From contig CALVTJ010000002.1 of the NCBI GenBank assembly GCA_944362545.1, positions 36,134-100,133 on the forward strand: 64,000 nt of DNA, written 5' to 3'. The notes under the pieces are model-generated. The model saw only the letters and a list, made by a program, of their open reading frames with translations, had not been told where the DNA came from and did not search any database. Of this stretch, positions 50,136 to 58,144 are shown piece after piece. The position numbers and the translations under genes were made by a program. Source of the DNA: an uncultured Clostridia bacterium (GTDB lineage: Bacteria; Bacillota; Clostridia; Christensenellales; UBA1242). Position 1 is the stretch's first letter, and the number at the start of each line of letters is the position of its first letter.

Positions 50136-50417
50136 ATGAATAAGTATGAACTTATGTTTATCATTGCCAGCGATGTCAGTGACGAAAAGAGAGAAGAACT
50201 TATTGCAAAACAAAAGGCATATGTAGAATCTCACAAGGGCACTGTTGAAGGCATTGAGAAGGTTGGGATGAAGAAGTTTGCTTATCCAATCAACTTCAAA
50301 AACGAAGGATTTTATGTTGTTATGAACATTGAAATGAATTCTGCAGAAGTTGATGCAATGAACAAACTCATGACCATCACAGATGGAATTGTTCGTCAAA
50401 TGTTTGTAAGAAAATAG
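50136..50417 (+). CDS. rpsF: 30S ribosomal protein S6
   Basis: MNKYELMFIIASDVSDEKREELI...FAYPINFKNEGFYVVMN. GGAGG RBS. Confidence 0.96.
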   Translation: MNKYELMFIIASDVSDEKREELIAKQKAYVESHKGTVEGIEKVGMKKFAYPINFKNEGFYVVMNIEMNSAEVDAMNKLMTITDGIVRQMFVRK

Positions 50418-50427
50418 GAGAAAATTT

Positions 50428-50856
50428 ATGAATAAGGTTATTTTGGTTGGAAATTTGACAAGAGATCCAGAACTTCAAACCACAAACAGTGGAAGGTCTG
50501 TTTGCCGTTTTGGACTTGCCGTTCAAAGAAGATTTTCAAATGCTGATGGAGAAAGGGGCGCAGACTTCTTCAACATCACAGTTTGGGGAAACAATGGTGA
50601 AAATTGCCATAAATATTTGAAAAAAGGTTCAAAGTGTGCAATTTCTGGAAGAATCCAAATCTCCACCTATGATGCTGCCGATGGAACAAAAAGAACATCA
50701 ACTGACATCATTGCAGAAGAAGTTGAATTTGTGGGTTCAAGGGTTCAAAATGATGGAATTGACAATTCTTCATATTCTGCACCAAGCGACAACAAGCCTG
50801 CACAGAAGCAGACTAGCGAACTTGAAGAAATTGATGATGACAGTTTGCCATTCTAA
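50428..50856 (+). CDS. ssb: Single-stranded DNA-binding protein
   Basis: MNKVILVGNLTRDPELQTT OB fold and the acidic tail EEIDDDSLPF. Confidence 0.96.
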   Translation: MNKVILVGNLTRDPELQTTNSGRSVCRFGLAVQRRFSNADGERGADFFNITVWGNNGENCHKYLKKGSKCAISGRIQISTYDAADGTKRTSTDIIAEEVEFVGSRVQNDGIDNSSYSAPSDNKPAQKQTSELEEIDDDSLPF

Positions 50857-50916
50857 AGTTTTGGCATAAAAGTCGAAAAAGCGGATTTTAAAACGCGAAA
50901 AAATTAGGAGAGAAAA

Positions 50917-51228
50917 ATGAACGAAGATGTAAAGACCGAAGATAAGGTTGTTGAAAAAGCAGAAAAGGCTGAAATCAAAACCGAAAAAGTTGAAAAGGTC
51001 ACAAAAAAATATCGTAAACCTGCAAAGAAGAAAGTTTGTGCTTTCTGTGTTGCTGGGGAAAAGACAATTGACTACAAAGATGTAGCAAAAATCAGAAAAT
51101 ATATCACAGAAAAAGGCAAGATTTTGCCAAGACGCCAGACAGGTGTTTGCTCTTATCATCAAAGAGAACTTTCAAATGCGATCAAGAGAGCAAGAAACAT
51201 GGCACTTCTTCCATATGTTGGTGATTAA
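50917..51228 (+). CDS. rpsR: 30S ribosomal protein S18 with a ~25-aa K/E-rich N-terminal extension
   Basis: Core [69 protein letters not shown] lies 7 nt before the ATG at 50917. Confidence 0.93.
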   Translation: MNEDVKTEDKVVEKAEKAEIKTEKVEKVTKKYRKPAKKKVCAFCVAGEKTIDYKDVAKIRKYITEKGKILPRRQTGVCSYHQRELSNAIKRARNMALLPYVGD

Positions 51229-51243
51229 AAGGAGAACATGACA

Positions 51244-51450
51244 ATGAAAAAAGGAATTCATCCAGATTATCATGAAGTGACAGTTGTTTGTGCATGTGGA
51301 AACACTTTCAAGACAGGTTCTTGTGTTAAAGGTGACACATTGAAGATTGATATATGCAACAAATGCCATCCTTTCTATACAGGAAAGAAGAAGGTCGTGG
51401 ACTCAAGCGGAACAGTTGAAAACTTCAAGAAGAAATATAATCTTCAATAA
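51244..51450 (+). CDS. rpmE: 50S ribosomal protein L31 (Cys-containing type A)
   Basis: [22 protein letters not shown]...[11 protein letters not shown]. The ATG at 51244 has better SD spacing than 51238. Confidence 0.93.
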   Translation: MKKGIHPDYHEVTVVCACGNTFKTGSCVKGDTLKIDICNKCHPFYTGKKKVVDSSGTVENFKKKYNLQ

Positions 51451-51509
51451 AAATTAAACAGAGAAATCAACAAAAATTGAATAAAATCATAAGAAAATTG
51501 CGATAAAAA

Positions 51510-51540
51510 CCAGCCTAGAGTGGTTGGTTTTTTTGTTTTT
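51510..51540 (+). terminator. Intrinsic terminator after rpmE
   Basis: ccagcc-tagagt-ggttgg hairpin followed by TTTTTTTGTTTTT. Confidence 0.6.
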
Positions 51541-51690
51541 GTGTGATTTTAAAAGATTTGTGATAAGTCTTTTTTTCCAAAGTTTTTGCTAAAGTGGTAA
51601 GACAAACAGGAAAATTATTTTTATATAATCAAAATTGAAAGTTAACAAAAAAAACACGAATTTGATTTCGTGTTTTTCCTTATTTTTGTT

Positions 51691-52416
51691 TTATCTTTCT
51701 CTGTCGTTTTCAAACTGCTCATCAAATTTTATCAAACCACTCTCAAAACTTTTTGCTGATTTGTAAAACCCTTTGTCATTGAGTTTATCCATAAGGTCAA
51801 CCATTGTTTGTGTGGCAACAGCGCGAAGTGAAATGATTGCTTCTGGAGTGTCAAAACGTTTTGCTTCTCTGTTGAGTTTTGAGAACACATCTGTGCTGAT
51901 GACAGAGCAAATTTGTTCATCTTTCAAAAATGTTTCTGGCATGGATTCCAATGCCTCAAAGGTCTCTTGTGGTGTTGTGAAGCGACCTTGCGTGTAATAT
52001 TTGACAGCATTTTGTTGTCTTGTTTTGAGTGATGCCTTTGTGCCATCGAAAACACCGGCATTTTCAGTTTTGTAGATTTCTTGTGTGAAATCGGATGCTT
52101 TGGCAAGAATATATCTTGTCATAGGTTCGGCAATATGTTTGCAAACAGCATCAATTGCAGTCAATTCCATCAAATTTTTGGTGTGTTTGTATGAGTGGAA
52201 CTTTTCTTTTGGAATAGTCAATTTGATATAGTCTTCTGCTTTAATGTTTATGATATCTCCAATTTCAATTTGCAAATTGCCATCCTTGTCATATCCATGG
52301 TCGGTGATGTAAAGTCCTGTGTCTTTCAAAGCTCCTTTGATGATTTTTCCGGTTCCATCAATCAAACCTTCTTTTTGCATATCCAATTCAAATTCTGTAG
52401 GTTTCAATCCTGGCAT
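51691..52416 (-). CDS. Hypothetical protein (241 aa)
   Basis: AAAGGAGAGGAAGTT precedes the ATG at 52416 (MPGLKPTEF...). No recognisable motif. Confidence 0.5.
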   Translation of the reverse strand: MPGLKPTEFELDMQKEGLIDGTGKIIKGALKDTGLYITDHGYDKDGNLQIEIGDIINIKAEDYIKLTIPKEKFHSYKHTKNLMELTAIDAVCKHIAEPMTRYILAKASDFTQEIYKTENAGVFDGTKASLKTRQQNAVKYYTQGRFTTPQETFEALESMPETFLKDEQICSVISTDVFSKLNREAKRFDTPEAIISLRAVATQTMVDLMDKLNDKGFYKSAKSFESGLIKFDEQFENDRER

Positions 52417-52544
52417 AACTTCCTCTCCTTTTTTCTTGAAAAGTTTAACACAATGCAGAGTTTTTGTCAATAGCAAATTGTAAAAGGGTGTCCACAATTT
52501 GAAAATGTGATGTTATTTTTTTGGTAAATGGCAATAATTTTGGC

Positions 52545-54344
52545 ATGAAAAAGATATTTTTTCCAACTTCAAATGGAGTTGTTATTCATCGTGATGACAA
52601 AAAAGTGATTTCTGCCACCGATTGTGATGGACAGAAAAGGGTTTTGAGTTTTCGCGAAAGAAACAAAATCATCTTTTGGCTCTTTCCATTTGCACGCGGT
52701 GTGCAATTTTTCTTTTGCGGAATTTTTGGCTTTTTTCAGTCCCTCATGTTGTCTTTTGACATCTGTAATTCACAAAAAATCAAACAAAAGGATATCAACA
52801 AATATTACACTCAAAAACTCATTATTGCTGTCATTATCATGGTGCTTGGCGTGATTTTTTCTGCCTTTGTGCTCGGCTTTTTGCCCGGCAAGATTGGCTA
52901 TGCAATTGTGGACCACACCGGCAGTGATATATTGCGCAATGTGGTCATATTGTGTTTCAAATTGTTGCTATTTTTGCTTTTTATAGGGGCTCTTCGAGTT
53001 TTTCCTGTGGTGATGGAATGTTTCCGCTTTAATCGTGCATATGAAGTTTTGCTTGAAAATGCTTGGATAGATAAACAAAAGAGAAAAAATGTTGAAAAAC
53101 AAAAAAATATCAAAAAATCACAGAAAAATAGAAAAAAAACTCAAAAAAATCAATTTTTTGCTGTTTTTTCACAAACGAATCGTGATACAGAGCCAAATTT
53201 TTTGAATTATCTTGTTTTCGTTTTTCTTTTAGATTTTGTTGTGGTAATATTATGGGGAGTGGACTTTGGCTTTTGGCTTAATTTGGGTGTCGATATCGCC
53301 GTGTTTGTGGTTTGCACAAGTGTTGGCTTTGAAATTGTCAATTTTCTGTCCAATTCACCATTTAAGATTTTTAGAAAGTTGTTGGGTATAATGTCCTTTT
53401 TGGTCTATGCAAAACCGGCAATCACGCATTTGGAAACGGTCAAAGTTGGACTTTTGGAACTTAATATGTTATGCACACAAAAGGAAAGGGAATTTATGAA
53501 TGATGAAAGCAAAAAGGCATTTTCGATGGTCTATTTGCAGGTACGAAACAAATTACAAAATGTCGGCATAACTGACAAGAGCGATGCTGATTGGCTTATT
53601 GCCACCGTGCTTGGAAAAAACAGAGCAGAAATCAAACTTGTACCTTACGTGACCGAAAAACAATATCAAGATATCATGAAAGCAACTGAAAGGCGGGCAA
53701 AAGGTGAAAGTATTGACAACATCTTTGGATTTACAGAGTTTTATGGTTTACGTTTTGATGTCAATAAAAAAGTTTTGACTCCGCGCATGGAAACTGAAAT
53801 TTTGGTTGAACAAGTTTTGAAGGCAGAAAAAAATTTCAAAAATGCCACAATTTTGGATGTTGGCACGGGCTCTGGTGCGATTGCTGTGGCTATTGCTAAA
53901 AACTGTGATGCCAATGTTTCTGCACTTGATATCAGCAAAAATGCGCTTGCAGTTGCGGAAAATAATGCCAAAAAAAATGGTGTAAATGTTGAATTTTTAC
54001 ATTCAAACCTTTTTGATGGCTTGAAAAGAAGGAGAAAGTTTGATATAATTGTGTCAAATCCACCATATATTCCGACAAATGACATTGAAAAGCTTGACAA
54101 AAATGTCAAAGATTGTGATCCGCACATCGCTCTGGATGGCGGAGAAGATGGGCTTGATTTTTACAGGAAAATCATCGCACAGGCACCAGAAAGATTGAAT
54201 GTCGATGGGATGTTGTTTTTTGAAGTGGGAAAAGGTCAGGCGCGTGCGGTCAAAAAATTGATGTTGGCAAATGGATTTGAAGACATAAAGATTGTCAAAG
54301 ACTATAACAAAATTGAGAGAGTTGTTTATGGAAAACGAAAGTAA
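52545..54344 (+). CDS. prmC: Fusion protein: DUF1385-like membrane domain + release-factor glutamine N5-methyltransferase PrmC/HemK
   Basis: The C-terminal ~280 aa carry the SAM motif ILDVGTGSGAIAV and catalytic IVSNPPYIP. The N-terminal ~320 aa are polytopic and sit where DUF1385 genes lie in rpmE-DUF1385-prmC-prfA clusters. Start uncertain: ATG 52545 or TTG 52521. Confidence 0.75.
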   Translation: MKKIFFPTSNGVVIHRDDKKVISATDCDGQKRVLSFRERNKIIFWLFPFARGVQFFFCGIFGFFQSLMLSFDICNSQKIKQKDINKYYTQKLIIAVIIMVLGVIFSAFVLGFLPGKIGYAIVDHTGSDILRNVVILCFKLLLFLLFIGALRVFPVVMECFRFNRAYEVLLENAWIDKQKRKNVEKQKNIKKSQKNRKKTQKNQFFAVFSQTNRDTEPNFLNYLVFVFLLDFVVVILWGVDFGFWLNLGVDIAVFVVCTSVGFEIVNFLSNSPFKIFRKLLGIMSFLVYAKPAITHLETVKVGLLELNMLCTQKEREFMNDESKKAFSMVYLQVRNKLQNVGITDKSDADWLIATVLGKNRAEIKLVPYVTEKQYQDIMKATERRAKGESIDNIFGFTEFYGLRFDVNKKVLTPRMETEILVEQVLKAEKNFKNATILDVGTGSGAIAVAIAKNCDANVSALDISKNALAVAENNAKKNGVNVEFLHSNLFDGLKRRRKFDIIVSNPPYIPTNDIEKLDKNVKDCDPHIALDGGEDGLDFYRKIIAQAPERLNVDGMLFFEVGKGQARAVKKLMLANGFEDIKIVKDYNKIERVVYGKRK

Positions 54345-55416
54345 AGAATTGTTAGCAAAAACTGAAAAATCAAAAGTTAGGTTTGAAGAACTTACAAACC
54401 TGATTTCTTGTCCGGAAATTATTGCGGATAATAAGGAATGGAAAAAACTCGTTAAAGAAAGAAATTCTCTCGAGCCTATTGCACAGGCACACGAAAGGTT
54501 AAAAAAGGAACTTTCCGACCTTGACAAGAGCGAAAACGATTTGAAAAACGAAACGGACAGTGAGATGAGAGCACTTTTTGAGAGCGAAATTGAAAATCTC
54601 AAAAATGAAGTTGACAAGACTGTGGAAGAAATCAAAATTTTGCTTTTGCCGAAGGATGAAAACGATGACAGCAATGCCATTGTGGAAATTCGTGCGGCGG
54701 CAGGTGGTGAAGAGTCGGCACTTTTTGGAATGGAACTTTGCAGGATGTATTCTCATTATGCTGAGAAAAAGCACTGGAAAGTAGAATATATTGATATGAA
54801 CCAAACCGAACTTGGTGGAATTAAAGAAGCAACCTTGATGATAAAGGGCAAGGGTGCTTATGCGCGCATGAAGTTTGAAAGTGGAGTGCACAGAGTGCAA
54901 AGAGTTCCAGAAACCGAAAGTCAGGGCAGAATTCACACATCCACGGTGACTGTTGCGGTTTTGCCGGAAGTGGAGGACATTGACATTGACATTCAGGACA
55001 AAGATTTGCGCATTGATGTTTTTCATTCAGGTGGTGCAGGTGGGCAGAATGTCAACAAGGTTGAAACGGCAATAAGAATTACATATTTGCCACTCAATAT
55101 TGTTGTCACCTGTCAGGATGAGCGAAGCCAACTCAAGAATAAAGAGAAAGCAATGAACATCTTGAAGTCAAAAATCTATGACTATTATGAAGAACAGCGA
55201 AACAGCCAACTTGAAGCAAATCGTAAACAGCAGGTTGGTCGTGGAAATCGCAATGAAAGAATCAGAACTTACAACTATCCACAAGGAAGAGTGACCGATC
55301 ACCGAACAAACCTTTCTTCATATGATTTGGAAGGAGTTTTAAATGGAAATATTGATCCATTTATTGATGCGATGATTTTAAAGACACAGACCGACCTTTT
55401 GAATGTGACAGAATAA
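54328..55416 (+). CDS. prfA: Peptide chain release factor 1
   Basis: GGQ motif SGGAGGQNVNKVETAIRITYLP. Recognition loop QRVPETESQGRIHTS (PxT type). The ATG at 54328 overlaps the prmC end by 17 nt. Confidence 0.93.
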   Translation: MENESKELLAKTEKSKVRFEELTNLISCPEIIADNKEWKKLVKERNSLEPIAQAHERLKKELSDLDKSENDLKNETDSEMRALFESEIENLKNEVDKTVEEIKILLLPKDENDDSNAIVEIRAAAGGEESALFGMELCRMYSHYAEKKHWKVEYIDMNQTELGGIKEATLMIKGKGAYARMKFESGVHRVQRVPETESQGRIHTSTVTVAVLPEVEDIDIDIQDKDLRIDVFHSGGAGGQNVNKVETAIRITYLPLNIVVTCQDERSQLKNKEKAMNILKSKIYDYYEEQRNSQLEANRKQQVGRGNRNERIRTYNYPQGRVTDHRTNLSSYDLEGVLNGNIDPFIDAMILKTQTDLLNVTE

Positions 55417-55417
55417 A

Positions 55418-55434
55418 AACGGTCATGGACCGTT
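55418..55434 (+). terminator. Hairpin after prfA (weak U-tract)
   Basis: aacggtc-atg-gaccgtt followed by attctt. Confidence 0.35.
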
Positions 55435-55452
55435 ATTCTTGGAGAAGAACCT

Positions 55453-55618
55453 TGTCATGCTGAGCAAGGTCGAAGTATCCAAAGAAATCGTTTGTTATGC
55501 TGAACGAAATTGAAGCATCTCATGAGATTCTTCGACTCGTGCTATGCACGGCTCAGAATGATAGGGGAATTACTTAGATTCTTCGACACGAGCACTTTGT
55601 GCTCGGCTCAGAATGACA
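55453..55618. repeat. Cluster of four REP-like palindromic units (two in each orientation)
   Basis: gtcatgctgagcaaggtcgaagtatc and gttatgctgaacgaaattgaagcatc (forward). gattcttcgactcgtgctatgcacggctcagaatgat and gattcttcgacacgagcactttgtgctcggctcagaatgac (inverted, each with an inner hairpin). The patch is locally GC-richer than its surroundings. Confidence 0.7.
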
Positions 55619-55696
55619 AACAGACTCATAATGACAAAAGAAGAAATGACATAAAAAAAGACACCACAAATTGTGATGTCTTTTATTTTTTTCATA

Positions 55697-56119
55697 TTAT
55701 GCATGGAGTAAAACTTTTGCTGTATTGAGAAGAGCCTCCCCTCCGATATCAACATTTTCTGGGTCAAATACACTGAATGCATTGAGAATCATTGGCAAAA
55801 AGACATTGAAGAACAAAATCAAAACAACGACTACAACAATCGATACGATGATGTTTATCAGGCGTTTTTTGTTTTCTTCTCTCTGTTCTGCAGAATCCGC
55901 TCTTGCCATCTTGACACCAACATAAACTGCATAGATACCACCACAGGCGCCAACCAAAACAAGTAAAACCCAAAGAACTGTTGACAACACTGAAAGAAGT
56001 GGTGTAAGCCAAGTTGCATAATCAATGCCACCAATACCAGAATGTTCGTTGATGTAGTTGATGATGTCCTGCCAACTTGAAACTCCATCAATTGACAATA
56101 ATGAACTCAAAAATCCCAT
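55697..56119 (-). CDS. Small membrane protein with a two-helix VirB2/TrbC-like (T4SS-pilin-like) pattern
   Basis: GGAGG RBS. LLSVLSTVLWVLLVLVGACGGIYAVYVGVKMARADSAEQREENKKRLINIIVSIVVVVVLILF is helix, charged loop, helix. Assignment rests on pattern only. Confidence 0.35.
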   Translation of the reverse strand: MGFLSSLLSIDGVSSWQDIINYINEHSGIGGIDYATWLTPLLSVLSTVLWVLLVLVGACGGIYAVYVGVKMARADSAEQREENKKRLINIIVSIVVVVVLILFFNVFLPMILNAFSVFDPENVDIGGEALLNTAKVLLHA

Positions 56120-56407
56120 CAGTTTTTACCTCCATTTGTTTATTATTTATTGTTCTCAAAAGTTCAAAAGAATATTCTTTTCTTTTGATTACAATAGAAT
56201 GATAACATAAAGAAAAAAAAATTCCAAACGATTTTATCAAAAAAAATAAATTTTTTTTAAAAATATTTTTTGGAATTTTTTTATTTAAAAATAATTTTCA
56301 GCAATTTTTCTATAAATTTTTTAAATGCTAGAAAAAATGTGCTAAAAAAATGATTATTTTCATAATTTTAGGTCATTTTTATTATTTTTTCTTTAAAATT
56401 GAAATAA

Positions 56408-56578
56408 TTACACTAAATTGTTTAAACAACGACAACCCGAATAATTTGGATAATAATTGTTGCTGTTTGACAGACCGAGCAGGAGCAAAAGCAAAATGTT
56501 TGTATTAGTTGCCAAATTTGTGTCATTTGAAGAGCTCAAAACTGAAAGTAAGAACACCCATAAAATATCTTGTGACAT
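56408..56578 (-). CDS. 56-aa hydrophobic Cys-containing peptide
   Basis: AAAGGAGGG lies 5 nt before the ATG at 56578. Hand translation gives MSQDILWVFLLSVLSSSNDTNLATNTNILLLLLLGLSNSNNYYPNYSGCRCLNNLV. The tracked ORF (90 aa) starts further upstream without an SD. Confidence 0.5.
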   Translation of the reverse strand: MSQDILWVFLLSVLSSSNDTNLATNTNILLLLLLGLSNSNNYYPNYSGCRCLNNLV

Positions 56579-56783
56579 AATTCCCTCCTTTTCACCAAAA
56601 TATTTTAAATTAAGACCAAAAGACAAAAAATTTTCTTTTGACTTTCTTCTTTCGTTGAGCGAAGATAGTGTTGAGAACAATTTTCTTCGTCATGTGCAAA
56701 CACAAGGGAGCCTTGTCGTTTGTTGATGCTAGTGTTATATATGACACAAAAATTTGTTTGGTGACAAAAAGGAGAAAAATGAG

Positions 56784-57119
56784 ATGAACAAACTTTTGAG
56801 AATTTCGGAGCGGAACAAATTTGAGATGATCGACCTTCTGCCAGATGATGATTGTATAAACAAGTTGGCACTTTATTTTCAAAATTTTTCTGATCAAACT
56901 CGAATTAAAATTTTATCTGCCCTTGCTATCAAAGATTTGTGTGTCAATGATCTTGCAAAGATCTTGGGAATAAATCAAACCACAATCTCTCATCAACTCA
57001 AAATTTTGAAAGACCAAGAGGTTGTGGATTTCAGGCGGGAAGGCAAGGTTTTGATTTATCGTTTGAAATCACAGGTGGTAAATGAGATGATGATGTATGC
57101 GGTCAAAAACTTGACCTGA
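56784..57119 (+). CDS. ArsR/SmtB-family metalloregulator-like HTH protein
   Basis: LALYFQNFSDQTRIKILSALAIKDLCVNDLAKILGINQTTISHQLKILKDQEVV. The alpha3 site reads CVN instead of CVC. Confidence 0.85.
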   Translation: MNKLLRISERNKFEMIDLLPDDDCINKLALYFQNFSDQTRIKILSALAIKDLCVNDLAKILGINQTTISHQLKILKDQEVVDFRREGKVLIYRLKSQVVNEMMMYAVKNLT

Positions 57120-57177
57120 AATCTCGTTTTTGGTGCATCTGCACCAAAAAGCTCATCGAACAGTCAAGTTTTTGACC
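57101..57177. terminator. Extended two-tier hairpin spanning the arsR stop (likely bidirectional terminator)
   Basis: Outer arms ggtcaaaaacttgac (57101-57115) and gtcaagtttttgacc (57163-57177) are perfect 15-bp complements. Inner arms tttttggtgca (57127-57137) and tgcaccaaaaa (57140-57150) are perfect 11-bp complements. Confidence 0.6.
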
Positions 57178-57427
57178 TACTCGCCACCAAACGAAGCATC
57201 ACAATCTGCACTTTAACGAAACTTGCTGATGCAAGTGTTCGTAGTGTCGCTTGATTGTTTCTTGATCCCAAAAGTTTAAAAACTTTCGGGACCCTGGTTT
57301 AGATAATGGCGACTTTGTGGCGACTTAAAGAGGAGAGATGAGATAAAAACATGACATTGATTGACAGATTTTAACCTACTCGCTACTTGAAGAAAGACTG
57401 TCGCAGATTTTTCATTTTTGTTCGTTT

Positions 57428-57471
57428 GTTCAAAAAACGATGTCGGTGTGCTGTTTTTTGAACATTTTTTA
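57428..57471 (+). terminator. Orphan intrinsic terminator inside the arsR-queH spacer
   Basis: Perfect 11-bp stem gttcaaaaaac / gttttttgaac, 14-nt loop, then ATTTTTTAT. No annotated gene ends here. Confidence 0.55.
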
Positions 57472-57557
57472 TAAAAGAAATTGTTTTTTGCGAGTTTATT
57501 GCTGAGATAAACTTGAAAAACTGATTAAATTTTACTAACTTCTTTGTTTTGATTTTC

Positions 57558-57586
57558 TTGACAATCTTGCCCTAAAAAAGTAAAAT
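57558..57586 (+). promoter_or_regulatory. Sigma-A promoter of queH-lepB with a very short leader
   Basis: TTGACA (57558-57563), 17-nt spacer, TAAAAT (57581-57586). The ATG at 57596 is 9 nt downstream with no SD. Confidence 0.55.
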
Positions 57587-57595
57587 AACATAGTT

Positions 57596-58144
57596 ATGAA
57601 AAAGAAAATGTTGTTGCACTCATGTTGTGGACCATGTTCCACTGTGGTTATTGAAAGATTGAAGGATAATTTTGATGTCACAATCTTTTATTTCAATCCA
57701 AACATCGAGCCAAAAGAGGAATATGAAAAGCGAAAGACAGAACAGCAAAAGGTCTGCAAATTTTTTGGTGTGCCGTTTATTGATTTTGATTATGACAACC
57801 AAGGTTGGAGAAAGTTTGTTGAAGGTTTGGAAAATGAAAAAGAAGGTGGAGCAAGGTGCGAAAAGTGTTTTTTATTTCGCCTGGATGGCACGGCAAAATA
57901 TGCCAAAGAAAATGGTTTTGATATCTTTGCCACCACTCTGTCTGTCAGTCCTCACAAAAACAGTCTTGTGATAAACAATGTTGGGCAGATTATTTCAAAA
58001 AAATATGACATCGAATTTCTGCCAGAGAGTTTCAAAAAGAAGGATGGGTATCTTCGCAGTATTAACCTTTCAAAAGGACTGAATTTATACAGACAAAATT
58101 ATTGCGGTTGCAGTTTTGCAAACTGGACATTGAAAAAACATTGA
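57596..58144 (+). CDS. queH: Epoxyqueuosine reductase QueH (DUF208)
   Basis: LLHSCCGPCS N-terminal motif, CEKCFLFRL, and C-terminal YRQNYCGCSFA. Confidence 0.9.
   Translation: MKKKMLLHSCCGPCSTVVIERLKDNFDVTIFYFNPNIEPKEEYEKRKTEQQKVCKFFGVPFIDFDYDNQGWRKFVEGLENEKEGGARCEKCFLFRLDGTAKYAKENGFDIFATTLSVSPHKNSLVINNVGQIISKKYDIEFLPESFKKKDGYLRSINLSKGLNLYRQNYCGCSFANWTLKKH

Noticed and set aside
50917-50995. K/E-rich N-terminal extension of ribosomal protein S18
   Set aside because: It appears real, since it has a good SD and no later start codon. However, low-complexity extensions of ribosomal proteins are common and it carries no further signal.
54880-54930. RF1 recognition tripeptide reads PET rather than the textbook PAT/PVT
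   Set aside because: The motif is defined as PxT with a variable middle residue. The rest of the loop (QRVPETESQGRIHTS) is canonical. TGA, TAA and TAG all appear to be used as stops, so there is no evidence of recoding.
56120-56407. Very AT-rich 290-bp spacer with inverted A/T runs (aaaaaaattccaaa / tttggaattttttt), considered as a possible replication or unwinding element
   Set aside because: There are no DnaA boxes or iterons. The inverted repeat is low complexity and expected in homopolymer-rich AT DNA. It is most simply the promoter/leader region of the 140-aa membrane protein gene.
57540-57595. preQ1-type riboswitch upstream of queH (gccctaaaaaagtaaaa resembles the A-rich tail of preQ1-I)
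   Set aside because: The A-rich run is exactly the 17-nt spacer between a TTGACA and a TAAAAT, so it is upstream of the likely TSS. No P1 hairpin with the conserved loop precedes it.
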